Positions 1 through 12,399 of a stretch of DNA of 64,000 nt are shown here, in pieces. Positions within the stretch are counted from its first letter, which is position 1, and each line of letters begins with the position of its first letter. The position numbers were made by a program, and so were the translations under genes. The notes under the pieces were generated by a model. That model was not told the origin of the DNA, searched no databases, and saw only the letters and a list, made by a program, of their open reading frames with translations. The DNA is from Bispira polyomma (Eukaryota), in assembly GCA_965649765.1 (NCBI GenBank), contig OZ287752.1:33728001-33792000 (forward strand), written 5' to 3'.

Positions 1-1810
1 CTCTGTATTTGTATAAAACTCATTGGTTTGCCCGATGGTTTCACAATATCACCTACAATCTGTATTCCATTCTTTTCCCAATCTGAAAAAATTGGTGTAA
101 ATTTTATCCAAATTACCGGATATCTTTAAAAAGACTTGATACCAAGAAGAAGTGTCATATTAGCAATTTTTTTCATCCAACCCAACTTTAACAATTTTTC
201 AAAGTTACAAATATTTATTATTCATAGACTCCCCTAATTGCAATTTGTATAGATTGTTTCCCTCTTGACTTTATCAGGTTTTCTATCTCACAAAAATTCA
301 AAAAGTGTTTTATTTATTGTATTCAGCATTTTTTGTGACATCAGAATGGAAACCATTAAGTGGTTTAACTTCTGAATTAAGAGGGCTTTTTTAACAGTAG
401 TTTTGCCCATTGGGGTCAAATATCTATTTTTCCAAGATTTTGTAACAGATTTAATTTTAAGCAGTGCCTTGGAAAAATTTCTAAAATTAACCAGAATTAA
501 CCAATGCCTACGAGATTAAACTCTGTGGCTCTCCAGTCTAGTTCTGCTGATATATTTAACTTCTCCTTTGAACCTCTTTTTTACCTATCCAGACCAATTT
601 AGTCTTATCAGTTTTAATCTTAAGACCTGATAAAGCTCTATAAATTTCTATTACATTGAGAGTTACCTGCAAAGAACCTTAACTGCCATCAAGTATGATT
701 GTTGTGTCGTCTGCAAACTGTGTTAGCCTATGTTCTATGCCTCCAATTTTTATGCCTTCAATTTATGGACTTCTTTTTATTAATTGACTTAATATTCGTG
801 CTGCAATTATAAATAAGTATGGAGATATTGGATCTCCTTGTCTACCACCTCGTTCAATTCTAATTACATCAGACAAAAAACCACACTGTTAAACCCTAGC
901 TGAAATAGTATTATTAAATAGTTTAATCCACTTTAGGTAATGCTCATCGAATCCAAAGAAAGTTATAATTTGATATAGAAATGACTATTAAATCGAAACA
1001 AACACCTTTTAAAAATCTATAAGCATTAAAAGTCCATCTATGTCTTCAGATTCTGCACAGTGCATTATATCATAAATTAATCTAGTGCTTTCCGCTATAT
1101 TTCTTTCAGCTAGAAAGTCTGTTTAGGATCTTGATATAATTTTATCTAAATGAGTTTTAATTCTGTTTGCTAGAACTGATGAGGCTAACTTCTAGGTCAC
1201 ACTTAAGATTGAAATTGGCCTTCAATTTTTCAAAAGTGTTTGGTCTTTTGGTAGACAAGTTATAATACTTTGACAGAGAGAAGTTGAAAGCTGAGCTTTG
1301 TTTAAACAATTATTGATTGCTCTCGTCACATAGATTTTCTTATTTTGGCCAAATATCTCGTCAATGCCTGGTGTCTTATTGTTTTTCATAGATTTTAAGG
1401 TAGCACTGACGTATAGCACTAAGAACTGTTTCTCATGCTTTAGGATTATTAACATTTGTATAATTGTATGAATCTTTTACCGGATCTAAAACTACCTTGA
1501 AGTATCAACATATTATGCTGTAATCAGAGTTGCTATCGGTGACTATTTTTTGTATTTCTCTAAAAAAATATGGACTGTTTTTATTTGATCAATAATATAG
1601 CTACGCCGTGAGAGTTTGATTTCTTACCATTTAAGTAACAATCGTTATTCCAAACTGATCTCACCTGTATCATGTCCTCTTTAAGTAAGTGGGTGTCTTG
1701 AAGGTAAACTATTCCGGCATTTGTGTTCTTGAAATAACTTATTATTTCTTTTCTCTAGAGTACGTAGGCCTTGGCAGTTTGCAGACAACACAACTAAATC
1801 ACTACCTAAC
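1..1810 (-). mobile_element. Decayed L1/Tx1-clade LINE ORF2 (APE endonuclease start plus RT), internally deleted, runs off the window start
   Basis: Minus strand gives SANCQGLR...LQDTH (APE N-terminus, ~1690-1800), KNNKTPGID and IITCLPK (ORF 1222-1455), [10 protein letters not shown] (~810-845) and QFADDTT (~700-720); many stops and frameshifts. Confidence 0.85.
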
Positions 1811-2419
1811 TGCAATTTAAAAAGGTACAATATCTCTTCAGGACTATACAATCTGTTCTAACCATAACATTATTATATACGCACTCTCCACCCTTTTCCA
1901 TTTTAAATCATTCTACTTTGTTTTCTTCCTAAAAATAATGTGAACATATGTGACAAAAGAAGTCACACATTTTACAAAATAGCTTTAGAGACTAACTACG
2001 CGACTACACATATTTAATCTAGTTTAGAACCAGATAAACTTAAATAGAAACAATGTAATACCATAGCACTGTACCATTTAATACCATACGTTTTTCTTAG
2101 TACATTGTATATAATCACAGACCCATGAGTAGCAACTTTAACCAATGCAAAAACAAAAAACATCCGGAACCTCAGTGGTAAAAAAGGGTTATTACTTAAC
2201 ACTGGTGTGTCCCTTTTGATCAATGTTTATTTCTCATATGACTGGATTTTACAGTTCTTTAACAAGTTTATTTTTATAAAAGGCTTATAGACCAAAATAA
2301 TCGGCCAATTACGTTTAAAGCCCAAGACTTGAAAGATCTGGCTCTTTGGCCTTGTTTTCTTTCATAACTGAATAACAAAACTGAAAAATTTACATATTTT
2401 CTTTGTATTGGTACATACT

Positions 2420-3660
2420 ACTTGTGGGTATTCAATCTCTGTTTCTGCCTCACTAAATAGTAAATAATCAATTAAAACATTTGAATCATGTATATATTTT
2501 ACCTTAGTCTTCCATGACAAAGTATTATTGATACTTGTACAAAACTAAAATTACATTCTCATCATATTCAGATGTCTGCACATAATCAGTACAACTCGAG
2601 TACAAACTGTTTGAGACGGAATACCATCCAAATTTATGCTATTGTTTTTGTAATAGTATGAAAATTTATGCCACCAAAACGTGTCACACAAAACAGTTGT
2701 AGAATTTAATATTGTATTAGGTACTGGTACTGATTGTTACAATGCATATAATTAGTTCTTAGAATGTTAGTGGCATACATATTCTATATATACTTATTGT
2801 TTATTGCCGTATTAGTACTGGTACTGATTGTGGGTATTCAACCTCTGCTTTGGCCTCACTAAAGACTCAAATTTAAAGTAAACAAGTGCAACATGTACAA
2901 ATAACTACTTTAGTCTTCCATGACAAATTATTGATAGTACATGCCTGTACTAAAATTAAAATCTCACCATATTTAGATGTACTATAGTACAAACTGTTTG
3001 ACACAGCATCACATCAGAATTTATGCCATTGCTTTTGCAATAAGTTAATATTGAGCTTTATGCAAACAAAATGTTTTACAAATAATAGTTGTATACATTA
3101 GATTTTCTTATTTCTCCTTCAATACAGACGTGAACTGATACACTGATATAACATTGCATATATGCAATCAATTGTATCAATGCTAGTGGTATAGATATTC
3201 TGTATATACTTGTTGTATGTTATTGTATTAATGATACCAATCGTCTCTATTCACTCTCTGTTACAACCTTAGTAAACAGTAAATATTCGATTAAAAAGCA
3301 ATTTGAAACATGTACATATATACTACCTTAGTCCTCAATAACAAACATATTGGTGTACTAAAATTTACAGGCATGTAATAAAATTACAATCTCATCATAT
3401 TCAGAAGTCTGCACATATTCTGTAAACCAGAGTACAAACTATTTGAGACAACAACACATCAGAATTTATACTATTGTTATACAATAAGTTAGTATTGCCT
3501 TTTATGCAACCGAAAATGTGTTACAGATACTAGTTGTGAGCATTGGATTTTCTTCCTTCTACACACAACTTCTTTGTGTACTAACATTATACATATATTG
3601 TAATATAATTACAATCTCATCATATTCAGAAGTCTGCATATATTCAGTAAACCAGAGTAA
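2420..3660. repeat. Old degenerate tandem repeat, ~410-bp unit, ~3 copies plus a partial copy
   Basis: Blocks TAGTCTTCCATGACAA, ATCTCATCATATTCAGA(T/A)GTCTGCA and AGTACAAACT(G/A)TTTGA recur with ~410-bp spacing (units begin ~2425, ~2830, ~3248; partial at ~3608). Confidence 0.75.
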
Positions 3661-3669
3661 AAACAATTG

Positions 3670-6640
3670 CTTCTTGTTTTTCAATATTTTTATTTTCTTT
3701 TTCATAACAAGTGCACAAATTTAGAATCACATAAGTTTATATATTTACTAGTCACTATTAGTACAAAGATAAACGCAAAGAAGCCACATAAAGAGTCAAC
3801 CAAATATATAACTTTAAGAAGGAATCCACATTAACACTGATAAGCTGATCACAAACATACAAATGATTTGGCAAAAACCATTATCCTATACTTTTCATTT
3901 TGCTCAACTTTTACCAGTTATAAAGTTCTAATGATCATTCCTAAATACAGATGCCCACCTATCCCAAACCTGATATAAAAAAATTTCTTTCTGGTTTATT
4001 TTAGAACATTATTCCTCATATCTAAACAGTCTATTCAATCTGTGTTCCATGGGATTCAGAATTAATTTCCTACCATCTCTAGATAAATCAAATATATACT
4101 TTTTAACAACTAGTATTAAACTATTGATTGGAATATGATTCTGGTCTTTATGTATATAACCAAAGATAACTGTAAAACAAGTAAATTTCATTTCAAATCT
4201 GGTACGCTCTTTCAGTAGTTTCTCAATATCTTCCCATAATTTCTTTGAATTCGGACATTTATAAAAAATATGCAATAAAGTTTCAGACTGCTGACCAAAA
4301 AGACAGTTGGGATTGTCATTTAGGCCTAGTTTGCACAGATAACTGTTAATTCCTAACCATACAGGCTGATTGTCAGTGTTTTAAAACATATGGAAAACAA
4401 GATTTTCCAAGTAACATGGTCGATATGAATTTGAAGATCTTTATTCTATTTTATTTTTGATCTTTTTGGAATTTGAATAAAAAACTGAATAAATTGACCT
4501 AACTCCTTTCTTGCTTTTTAAAATAAATTTAAGATTAATAGAAATAAAAGGCCTCTCCAGTCTATTGTTTTCAACAGTGTCATACCCAAATCTGGTCAAA
4601 AGAATATTTATTTTACGTTTCACTGTGTGGTAATTAAGATAATTAAAATAAGCAGAAAATTTTAGACAAAGTTCATCATGTTTCATTACCTTATTATCAG
4701 ATATGAAATCTGCCATTGTAGTTACTCCTTTCCTGTACCAATCAGGAAAGTATAGCAGTTCATCTACGATAAGAGGGTTATACCATAATGGACTTGTCAT
4801 TAGCTCATTCGAATTACAGATTTTTAAGTTGGATGACATAGAAATCTATCCCTCAAAGACATCCTGCTAAAACGGATTTGATGTTATTATCAATTCAGAC
4901 AAATACTGTGAACCAAAATGTGACAATTTGGTTAGACAAATTAAGGTTTTAGAATGCAAAAGGTTTACCCAAAGGGCCTTGCTGTCTCTGAACAATCTCC
5001 TTATCCATGTAGTTTTCAGGGATTTTATAAATACTTTAATATCTATCATTTTAACCCCCCCCCCTCTAAATATTTCAATTTCATTATTTCTCTTTTAATT
5101 CTATCTGGTTTATTAGACAATAAAAACCTGAAAAAATGTGATTAATCTTTTGGAGTAAACAAGTGTTAGGATTTGGCAAAGTTTAAAGTAAGTTATTCAA
5201 TTTTGATAGTAAGAATGTCTTTATAATTGTAATTTTGCCAATGGGAGTTAAATACCTTTTGCTCGAATTAGTAATAATTTTATGAATTTCTATTATTTGC
5301 TCAGTAAAATTAATGTCAGTACATTCAGTCATATCAACTTAAAATGACAATCCCAACATATTAAAGTGGTATCCCACTGAAAATTAAGCCGCAACAACTT
5401 TTCTTTGCAGCGTTTTTTCTTTTCTATCCACACTACTTGTGCTTTTTCGGTATTTACCCGTAACCCTGATAATGATCCAAAAGAGTATTTAAAGCGGCCT
5501 ACAACGATTGAGGTGTTCCATCTAATATCAATGTTGCATCATCGGCAAACTGACTGAGCTTGATTTCTGTCTCACCACAAAAAATACTCTTCATATTTGG
5601 ATTATTTAACATAAGTATTGTCAATATCTGGACAGCAAGAATAAATAGGTAAGGAGAGATCGGGTCACCCTGACGACAGTCACATTCAATATTGATAAAT
5701 TTGGAATCCACAAGAATCCACATTGGATTATAGTAGCTTTGACATCTGTATTAAATAATTTCATCCAATTGATGAAAGATTGTCCAAATCCAAAAAATTC
5801 CAAGGTTCCATAAATAAAAGTCCATGAAAGGGAATTGAATGCCTTTTCAAAACTAATAAGAACTAACATTACGGGAAGGTTACGTTTTTTAGTAAAATTC
5901 ATTATGTCAAATACAAGTCAAGTACACTCCCCAATATACCTTCCAGGAACAAAACCATTTTGGGTTTTATCAATAAGATTATCAAGATGTGGCTTAAGTC
6001 TATTGGCTATTACAGCAGATGCTAGTTTATAAAGTATATGATAACATTGATAGGGAACGCCAGTTCTTGATTATTTCACGTTTTTTCCCCTTTTTAGGTA
6101 AGCATGTTATTAAACATTGGTGCAATGTCAGAGGTAGCTTTCCTTTCTCAATGCTGTTATTTAATGCATTTAAAATACCATATTTTAAAAATTTTGTAAC
6201 ATTCTGATGGAAAACCATCAATGCCTGGAGTTTTATTATGTTTCAGATGCTTTAGTGCATTCCTGAATCATTTTCTGTCAAGACTCCTTCTAATGTATTA
6301 CCTTTGCTCATATTTAATTTATTAATTAAGTGCTTTCCTAATATGTCAGTGAAACAATAATCCTGTAAATTTTGATCATTTGCTTTAAAAAGTGCTCTAT
6401 AATAATGAGATATTGAGTCTAATATTTCATTTTGGGATGTTTAATAATTGCCATCCGGTTTTGTAGGCGTTTAATAGTTTTGCTTGGGTAGGTTTTAGTT
6501 TCTAATGAACTAAAGTATTTTTTCACCTTCAATGTTCCATTGAGAGCGTGATCTAAACCATTAACTTTTCATTCTTTCACTTCTTATTTCCTCCTTCTTT
6601 CAAATTTGAAAGACATCGACCTTACTGAACTGAATTCTTG
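3670..6640 (-). mobile_element. Decayed L1/Tx1-clade LINE ORF2 (RT through C-terminal Cys/His domain) with A-rich 3' end
   Basis: ORF fragments [32 protein letters not shown]...SQFADDATL, PLWYN, and ETLLHIFYKCPNSKKLW. Confidence 0.9.
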
Positions 6641-6649
6641 GAGTCCACT

Positions 6650-8850
6650 GTTAATTTTGAATACAGATTATAAATTTAAGCAAAGGTACTTGGAAACAGA
6701 TTAAAGGTAGCATTGGAAGAATTAATCAATACTGTTAAAATTGGGTTCATGAAAAACAGATTTTGTGGTGAAAATATTAGATTAATAACAGATATAATTG
6801 AATACTGCGAACTTCATCACAGTCCATGTATTGTTCTTTTTGCATTTTGAAAAGGCCTTTGATACAGTAAACTTGCAATTCCTTCACAAAACCTTGTTTT
6901 ACTATGGTTTTAGAGATAAATTTCAGAAATGGATTTCTATCCTATATTATAACAGTGAAAGTTGTGTGTCAAACAATGGGGACCAATCGGAATATTTTAA
7001 ACTTTCAAGAGGTATCAGACAAGGATATCCTCTTAGTCACCTTTTATTCTCGTTAGTAGCCAAAGTTATAGTGATAGTTATTTATAATTCTAAAAGGATC
7101 AAGGGATTACAAGTAAATGCAACTTGTATTAAACTTTTTCAGTTGATATGACTCTGTTTTTACAAAATGTAGAATCTGTTAAATTTGCCTTAGACCTCTT
7201 TGAAGAGTTCTACAGATATGCTAGTCTCAAATTAAATAAAAATAAAATTGAGGCAACCATTATCTAGAATGATGGAACATTGAAAGAAGATAAGACTTTA
7301 GGAATAAAATGGATAAATAAGCCTTTTAAAACATTGGGAATCTGGTTTTCATTAAACACCGTTGAAATGATTTCACTGAACATGAAAATAAAAATATCAA
7401 AAACATCATAAATTTATGCATGTCCAGATGTCCTGATATTGAAGGGCAAAATAACAGTTTTCAAATTACTAGTAATTCCTCATATTCTGCAACTTACCTC
7501 AGTTTTGCCGTGAGCAATAAATTTTTGAAAAGCCTGTTCTTCCAATTTGTTTAGAGAAAAAAAACCTTGTTTCTGGCAATACATTTATACAGCTTGGCGA
7601 TAGTGGAGGCTTAAAGATGGTATAAATTAATTGTATAATCAAAACGGCAAAAATAATGTGGATTAAAGATATCTAGATAGTAATAATTTAAAATAGAAAA
7701 AGGTTGTAGAAAAACTCATGGGAATTGATAAAAACCATCTCTTAAGGAAAACGTTATTTTATCAAGATCTGGTCTTAATTTGGTTTTATGAGATCAGAGC
7801 CCAAAAATATAGACAACTTTTCAAACCTTTATTCTATAATGACCTTTTTACAAATGGCAAGCAAGTTATTACTGTTGAATACTCTGACTGGCTTAGTAAT
7901 GGAATAACTGTGTTGTCTAATATTTTAAATGGTGAATGTTCATTAAAAAGCAAATTTGTATTGGAAAGGTAATTTAATATAACAATTTCTGAAATCAAAT
8001 ATAATAGGATAATTAGTGCTGTATCCTCTGAAAAAAAAGTGTCTGAATTCAATAACGGGTCTGTTTTTATTAAAAATGTGCCAAATCAGTGCATTGAAAA
8101 TATAACAAAGTTAAAAAGTGCACAGGTTTATAACTATCTTATACAGAGCATACACCCTATCCCACTTAGTCAAAATAAATGGAAAGAACACTATCCATTC
8201 TTAGAGACTATCAACTGGCAAAATACTGACTTGCTGCCATCTAAGATCTTGCAAGATACATATTTGGTTAGCCTTCAGTTTAAAATATATATAGAATCTT
8301 TCTATGTAATAAGAATTGTCTATTTGGAATATAAAAGAGTCATTATTGTGCCACAGTTGTATGTCTATTTATAACATGGAACACTATTTCTCTTAGTATA
8401 GCAAAGCTGTTAATTTCTGGAAACAAGTTGAGAGATGGTTACTAGTTTTAATGTCTGTTAATGTAAACTTTACAAATACTATTGGGGTCAATTTGTTTTA
8501 ATACAAAGTATTATTTTAGTGTGAATTATCTTATTTTAATTGGTAAATATTATATTTACCAATCAAAAAAAGACGTCAAAGAACTCTGCTAGTTAAAATT
8601 CCTCTGTAACTTAAAGAACCGACTTAAAATAGAAAATTTTGTTCTTATTAAAAATAGTAAAACTAATATATTGTTTTAATCAGTTATTCTGAGAAATTTT
8701 TTAACGTCCATGTCTAAAAGGTTTATTTTTTAAGTTTAAATTTTTACATGTATTTAACTTTTATAACTATATACTGACTATATACTGATTTACTATATGT
8801 ACCAGTTCTGTTATGTAGCTTATATGGAAATTTTTTTATAAAAAACAACA
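6650..8850 (+). mobile_element. 5'-truncated decayed L1/Tx1-clade LINE of a different family, divergent from the preceding element
   Basis: NTDYK...GFMKNRFCGENIRLITD, FEKAFDTVN, SRGIRQGYPLS, KPLFYND, LVSLQFKI; ends in an A-rich tail at ~8840. Confidence 0.88.
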
Positions 8851-9131
8851 ACATTATTACGTAATTAATCAATAGCATAATCGCTCTTTAAATTTGTATC
8901 TAATTCATGTTGTTCTGGTCAAAATTTATCATGTCATACATAATCACGTTATTTGCATTATTATCAATATCAACACTATAGGATAAAATTATTAGGAATC
9001 TGACTGTTCAGTTACAGTGGGGTGCCAAATGATTATAACCCTACCTTAACGCAATTTTATTTTTATTTCACACTACTGCTGTTTTAGACATTTTGTATAA
9101 CATTGAGATGAGAAGATAACATATTTTTTAG

Positions 9132-11477
9132 GAACTTCAACAAAGTTCGCTGACTATGGATGATGTGCAAAATATTATACAAAACCATGCTTCTAAGGTA
9201 TATGTTAATGATACAGAATTATAAGTTTATCCGTACATTTGTACAACATATATATAAGATACCAAATGTATAAAATGAGAATGTTTAAATATCCAAATTT
9301 TTAAATGATGCCTCATTTAGACTTACTGATATTGCAAATTGAAAAATATTCCTGAAAAAATATTTTATCTTTTGCAATATAAGCACCTTTTAGATTAAAC
9401 CAAACCTTGAGGCCCTTCTAAAATGTTGCATAATGTCCAACAACTACTTTTAACTATAACTACCATTATGTGCTATTACTTATTATGAGTCAAATCCTTT
9501 AAATGTCTCTTTTGTTGTGGTTAGATTGACAAAGAGCTGGATTCCATAAAAAGTACAGTTAGTGTATTACAGGAGGCAGTTGGTCTATTACAGAAAGAGA
9601 ATCTAGAACTGAAACAGGTTAGACTCACTGTTCATGTTAAAGCAGCCCATGGCTATTTATGCTTGATAAAAACTTAATTTTTATCCAAATGTCCCTTTTT
9701 TGCTGCCTGAGTTTTTGGTCAACCCCATGGAGAGCGATATTGTTCCATTAAATAAGTTTTACAACCTCAGTTTAGTCGCAATCTCAAAGCCATAAAAATT
9801 AGAGCAAGCTATTTACCAGTAAAATGCCATCATCAATTGGTTTGAACATTGCAGAATGAATCAAACAGTGTAAAGTGTAAAACTAGTTATTCTACTATAT
9901 TTGTTATTTTGTGAATATTTAAGATTGTACTTCGTGTTGACTGATATTATTGAATACAAAGGTCCTACAGCCACAGTTGTCTGGTGGCTAACACACTTGG
10001 TTAGGAACACAGAGAACCTGGGTTTGATCCCAGCCTAGAGAGACCGGATACAGACTTGATAGCTACCAGCCTTGCAAGTTTTATAATGTTAGTGACTTGA
10101 TAGCTACCAGCCTTGCGAGTTTTATAATGTTAGTGACTTGATAGCTACCAGCCTTGCGAGTTTTATAATGTTAGTGGCTTGATAGCTTGATTGAATGTCG
10201 TTAAAGAATGGTCAATTGTTAGAACATTTGGTTGGAAAAAGGGTTTTACAAATATGTGGGTAGAAAGTGTTATGATCCAACAAAACATATTTGTAGATAT
10301 ATTTGCAAGCATTCCAAAGTTTCCTTCGGTTACCTTTATTATTGATTATCATGTCAGATTGGAGCTATGATTTATATATATTGCAAAACCTATTGTAGTC
10401 ATAATGCAATGCATGTTGCTAATCCTGTTTAAGAGGCTTATGTGAGAAAAAAAAATTCAGTATAAAGTTTCTAATATGTGAGATATGCACAGGAGATCAT
10501 CTATTTGTGTAAACCTTCACAGCAACAAAATATGGCAGGAGGCAGGAGAAACTGCATTTACTGTCTTTGATAATAATGCTGAACTGCAATATAATGACGG
10601 AGAGGTAATTCAATTTCGGGAGAACAGATTAGATATTGGTGGAAATTATGACCCAGAAAGTGGAATATATACTTGCCCCGCCAATGGAATCTATAGTTTC
10701 AGGTACTTTTAAATTGGATTGATTTTTTCTCTGATCATTTTAATGTCAAACTTATTTAATACCTTCTGCATGTCTGTATATGGTTCAAACCTATGGCGTT
10801 AAAGCAGTAAATTAGTGAATATACTTTTTAATACTTGGAGGAAAAGTATCAGAATATGTTTACCTTACAAATATCACTCTGTCTATTTGCGACTCGTATG
10901 TAATGATCTGCCAGTAAAGACATAATAATTATAGTATATTTTGTGAATTTGTAATCTGTAATTAATATGCTTTCTAATCTGCAGTGTGATGATACTGTTA
11001 TAAATATGATATACTAGTATTCAAATTCTGGATTTTTTTTTAGAATTTATTGTTACAAACTCCACATTATTAATTTTCCTTAAAGAAGTAAGATCTTTTC
11101 ACACACACTTACTTCTTCTCCCAAAAGGATATAATTCCTATGAACTAGGAGGATAACAATAATACATATGGATCTATTATTCATTATGATATTGTTCTAG
11201 TACCTATTCACTGATTCGGGGTGAGAGAGTGACAGAAGCAACTATTGAAATTGGTGGAACTGAAACGGCAGGCTATCACATGAATACTTTTGGTACTAAT
11301 GGCCATATGACAGTTACCATGGTGATAGCTATTTGCAATCAAGACGAGCAAGTGCTGGTCAGATGTAAACGAGATGGATCCAGTATAATAGGCAGATATG
11401 GTGACCTCTGGACATCGTCGTTCAGTGGTGTTGCTGCAGCTGTTGTAGGTGTTGGTAGTCACTATAAGCTAGTATAA
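9132..11477 (+). pseudogene. C1q-domain-containing (C1qDC) gene, type A copy 1, probably a pseudogene; exons 9132-9197, 9525-9617, 10523(or 10539)-10702, 11201-11477; signal-peptide exon not found in the window
   Basis: GT/AG-bounded exons splice to ELQQSSLTMDDVQNIIQNHASK/IDKELDSIKSTVSVLQEAVGLLQKENLELKQ/..TAFTVFD..IQF..DIGGNYDPESGIYTCPANGIYSFS/..TSSFSG, which carries the gC1q signature motifs. Relative to the intact paralog it has a +7-nt duplication (GGCAGGA) in exon 4 and a 2-nt deletion just after FSGV. Confidence 0.85.
9970..10187 (+). repeat. tRNA-SINE head remnant followed by a 41-bp tandem repeat (3.3 copies, 10053-10187) in intron 3 of C1qDC copy 1
   Basis: B-box-like CCTGGGTTTGATCCCAG; unit GACTTGATAGCTACCAGCCTTGCGAGTTTTATAATGTTAGT starts at 10053, 10094 and 10135; the paralogous intron (~62015-62145) has a single unit. 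Confidence 0.75.
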
Positions 11478-11689
11478 TCTAGGTGACTCATTGACAGATA
11501 AAACATGACTTCTACTACAGTGTGTATAATATTATTATGTTTTCTATAAGAATGTATACTATGTACTCTTTACTACACACAATTGGATTTATATTACTCT
11601 TGCACAGGTATAAAAAGGGTACAATGCATGACTTTTTGACCTAGTATGAAAATACTACGGTTACAACAACATTTCAAGGAAAGAGCAAG

Positions 11690-11850
11690 GGAGGGATCAC
11701 CTCTATCCACATTACAAAATCTTAAAACAGCTTCAGAAGAAGCATGGGTTTACATTCATATACAAACAATTTACCGTATTGTTACATTAGTGCTGAAAAC
11801 AGTTCAGGCAGTAACTGATGCCAAACAAATGGTTGTCAAGCAAGATATCT
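11690..11850 (+). mobile_element. Tc1/mariner transposase C-terminal remnant
   Basis: ORF 11646-11882 contains PLSTLQNLKTASEEAWVYIHIQTIYRIVTLVLKTVQAVTDAK, resembling the Tc1 C-terminus (L..A....W..I....I..LV.SM..R..AV..A.G). Confidence 0.55.
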
Positions 11851-12019
11851 ATCAAACTGTAATCAATGAGCCAGATAATTGATTAAATCATATTGGACTC
11901 ACATTTTAGTCAATTTCTTCAAATTAATGTTTTAATAAAACCTAAAGTTTAATACAATTTGATAGTCAGAAAAACTACAGTGTCAAACTTTGATGTATTT
12001 GTTTTTGTGTTAAGTATAT

Positions 12020-12250
12020 ATGTGAAGTGTGAAAGGGAGTTGCGCCCCTTGCCGCCGGATGCTACGGGGTGGGTTAATACTCAATCTGGTTGCTTGCTGA
12101 TCAACCAGCTGTTAACCCCCCTACCCTTACGACCTTGCTATGCCCTGGACTTTACGATTGGATCACTGATTCTGCTGTTGCGCTTTAGAAGATGCCTGGC
12201 ATCAATAAAGCGCGTTAAAAATGCATTATTATTATTATTATTATTATATT
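12020..12250 (+). mobile_element. Short retroposon carrying an L2-type 3' tail with a (TTA)n terminus
   Basis: 12125-12250 (..GCTGTTGCGCTTTAGAAGATGCCTGGCATCAATAAAGCGCGTTAAAAATGCA(TTA)n) closely matches the reverse complement of the L2 3' end at 42296-42410. Confidence 0.7.
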
Positions 12251-12399
12251 TATGTTAAGCTAGAAAGTCCAATCAGGTAGAATTATAAAATTTCAAATTC
12301 TACCGGTAGAAAGTTCAATTGGAATTTCTACAAAATTTATGTTGGTAGAACTCCAACTGGACCTTCTACTGGTAAAAGTTCAATTGGCAAATTTGAAGA

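Noticed and set aside
10053-10187. Short direct repeats resembling a CRISPR array (also 52458-52570, 50772-51074)
   Set aside because: Head-to-tail units with no unique spacers, no cas genes, eukaryotic context
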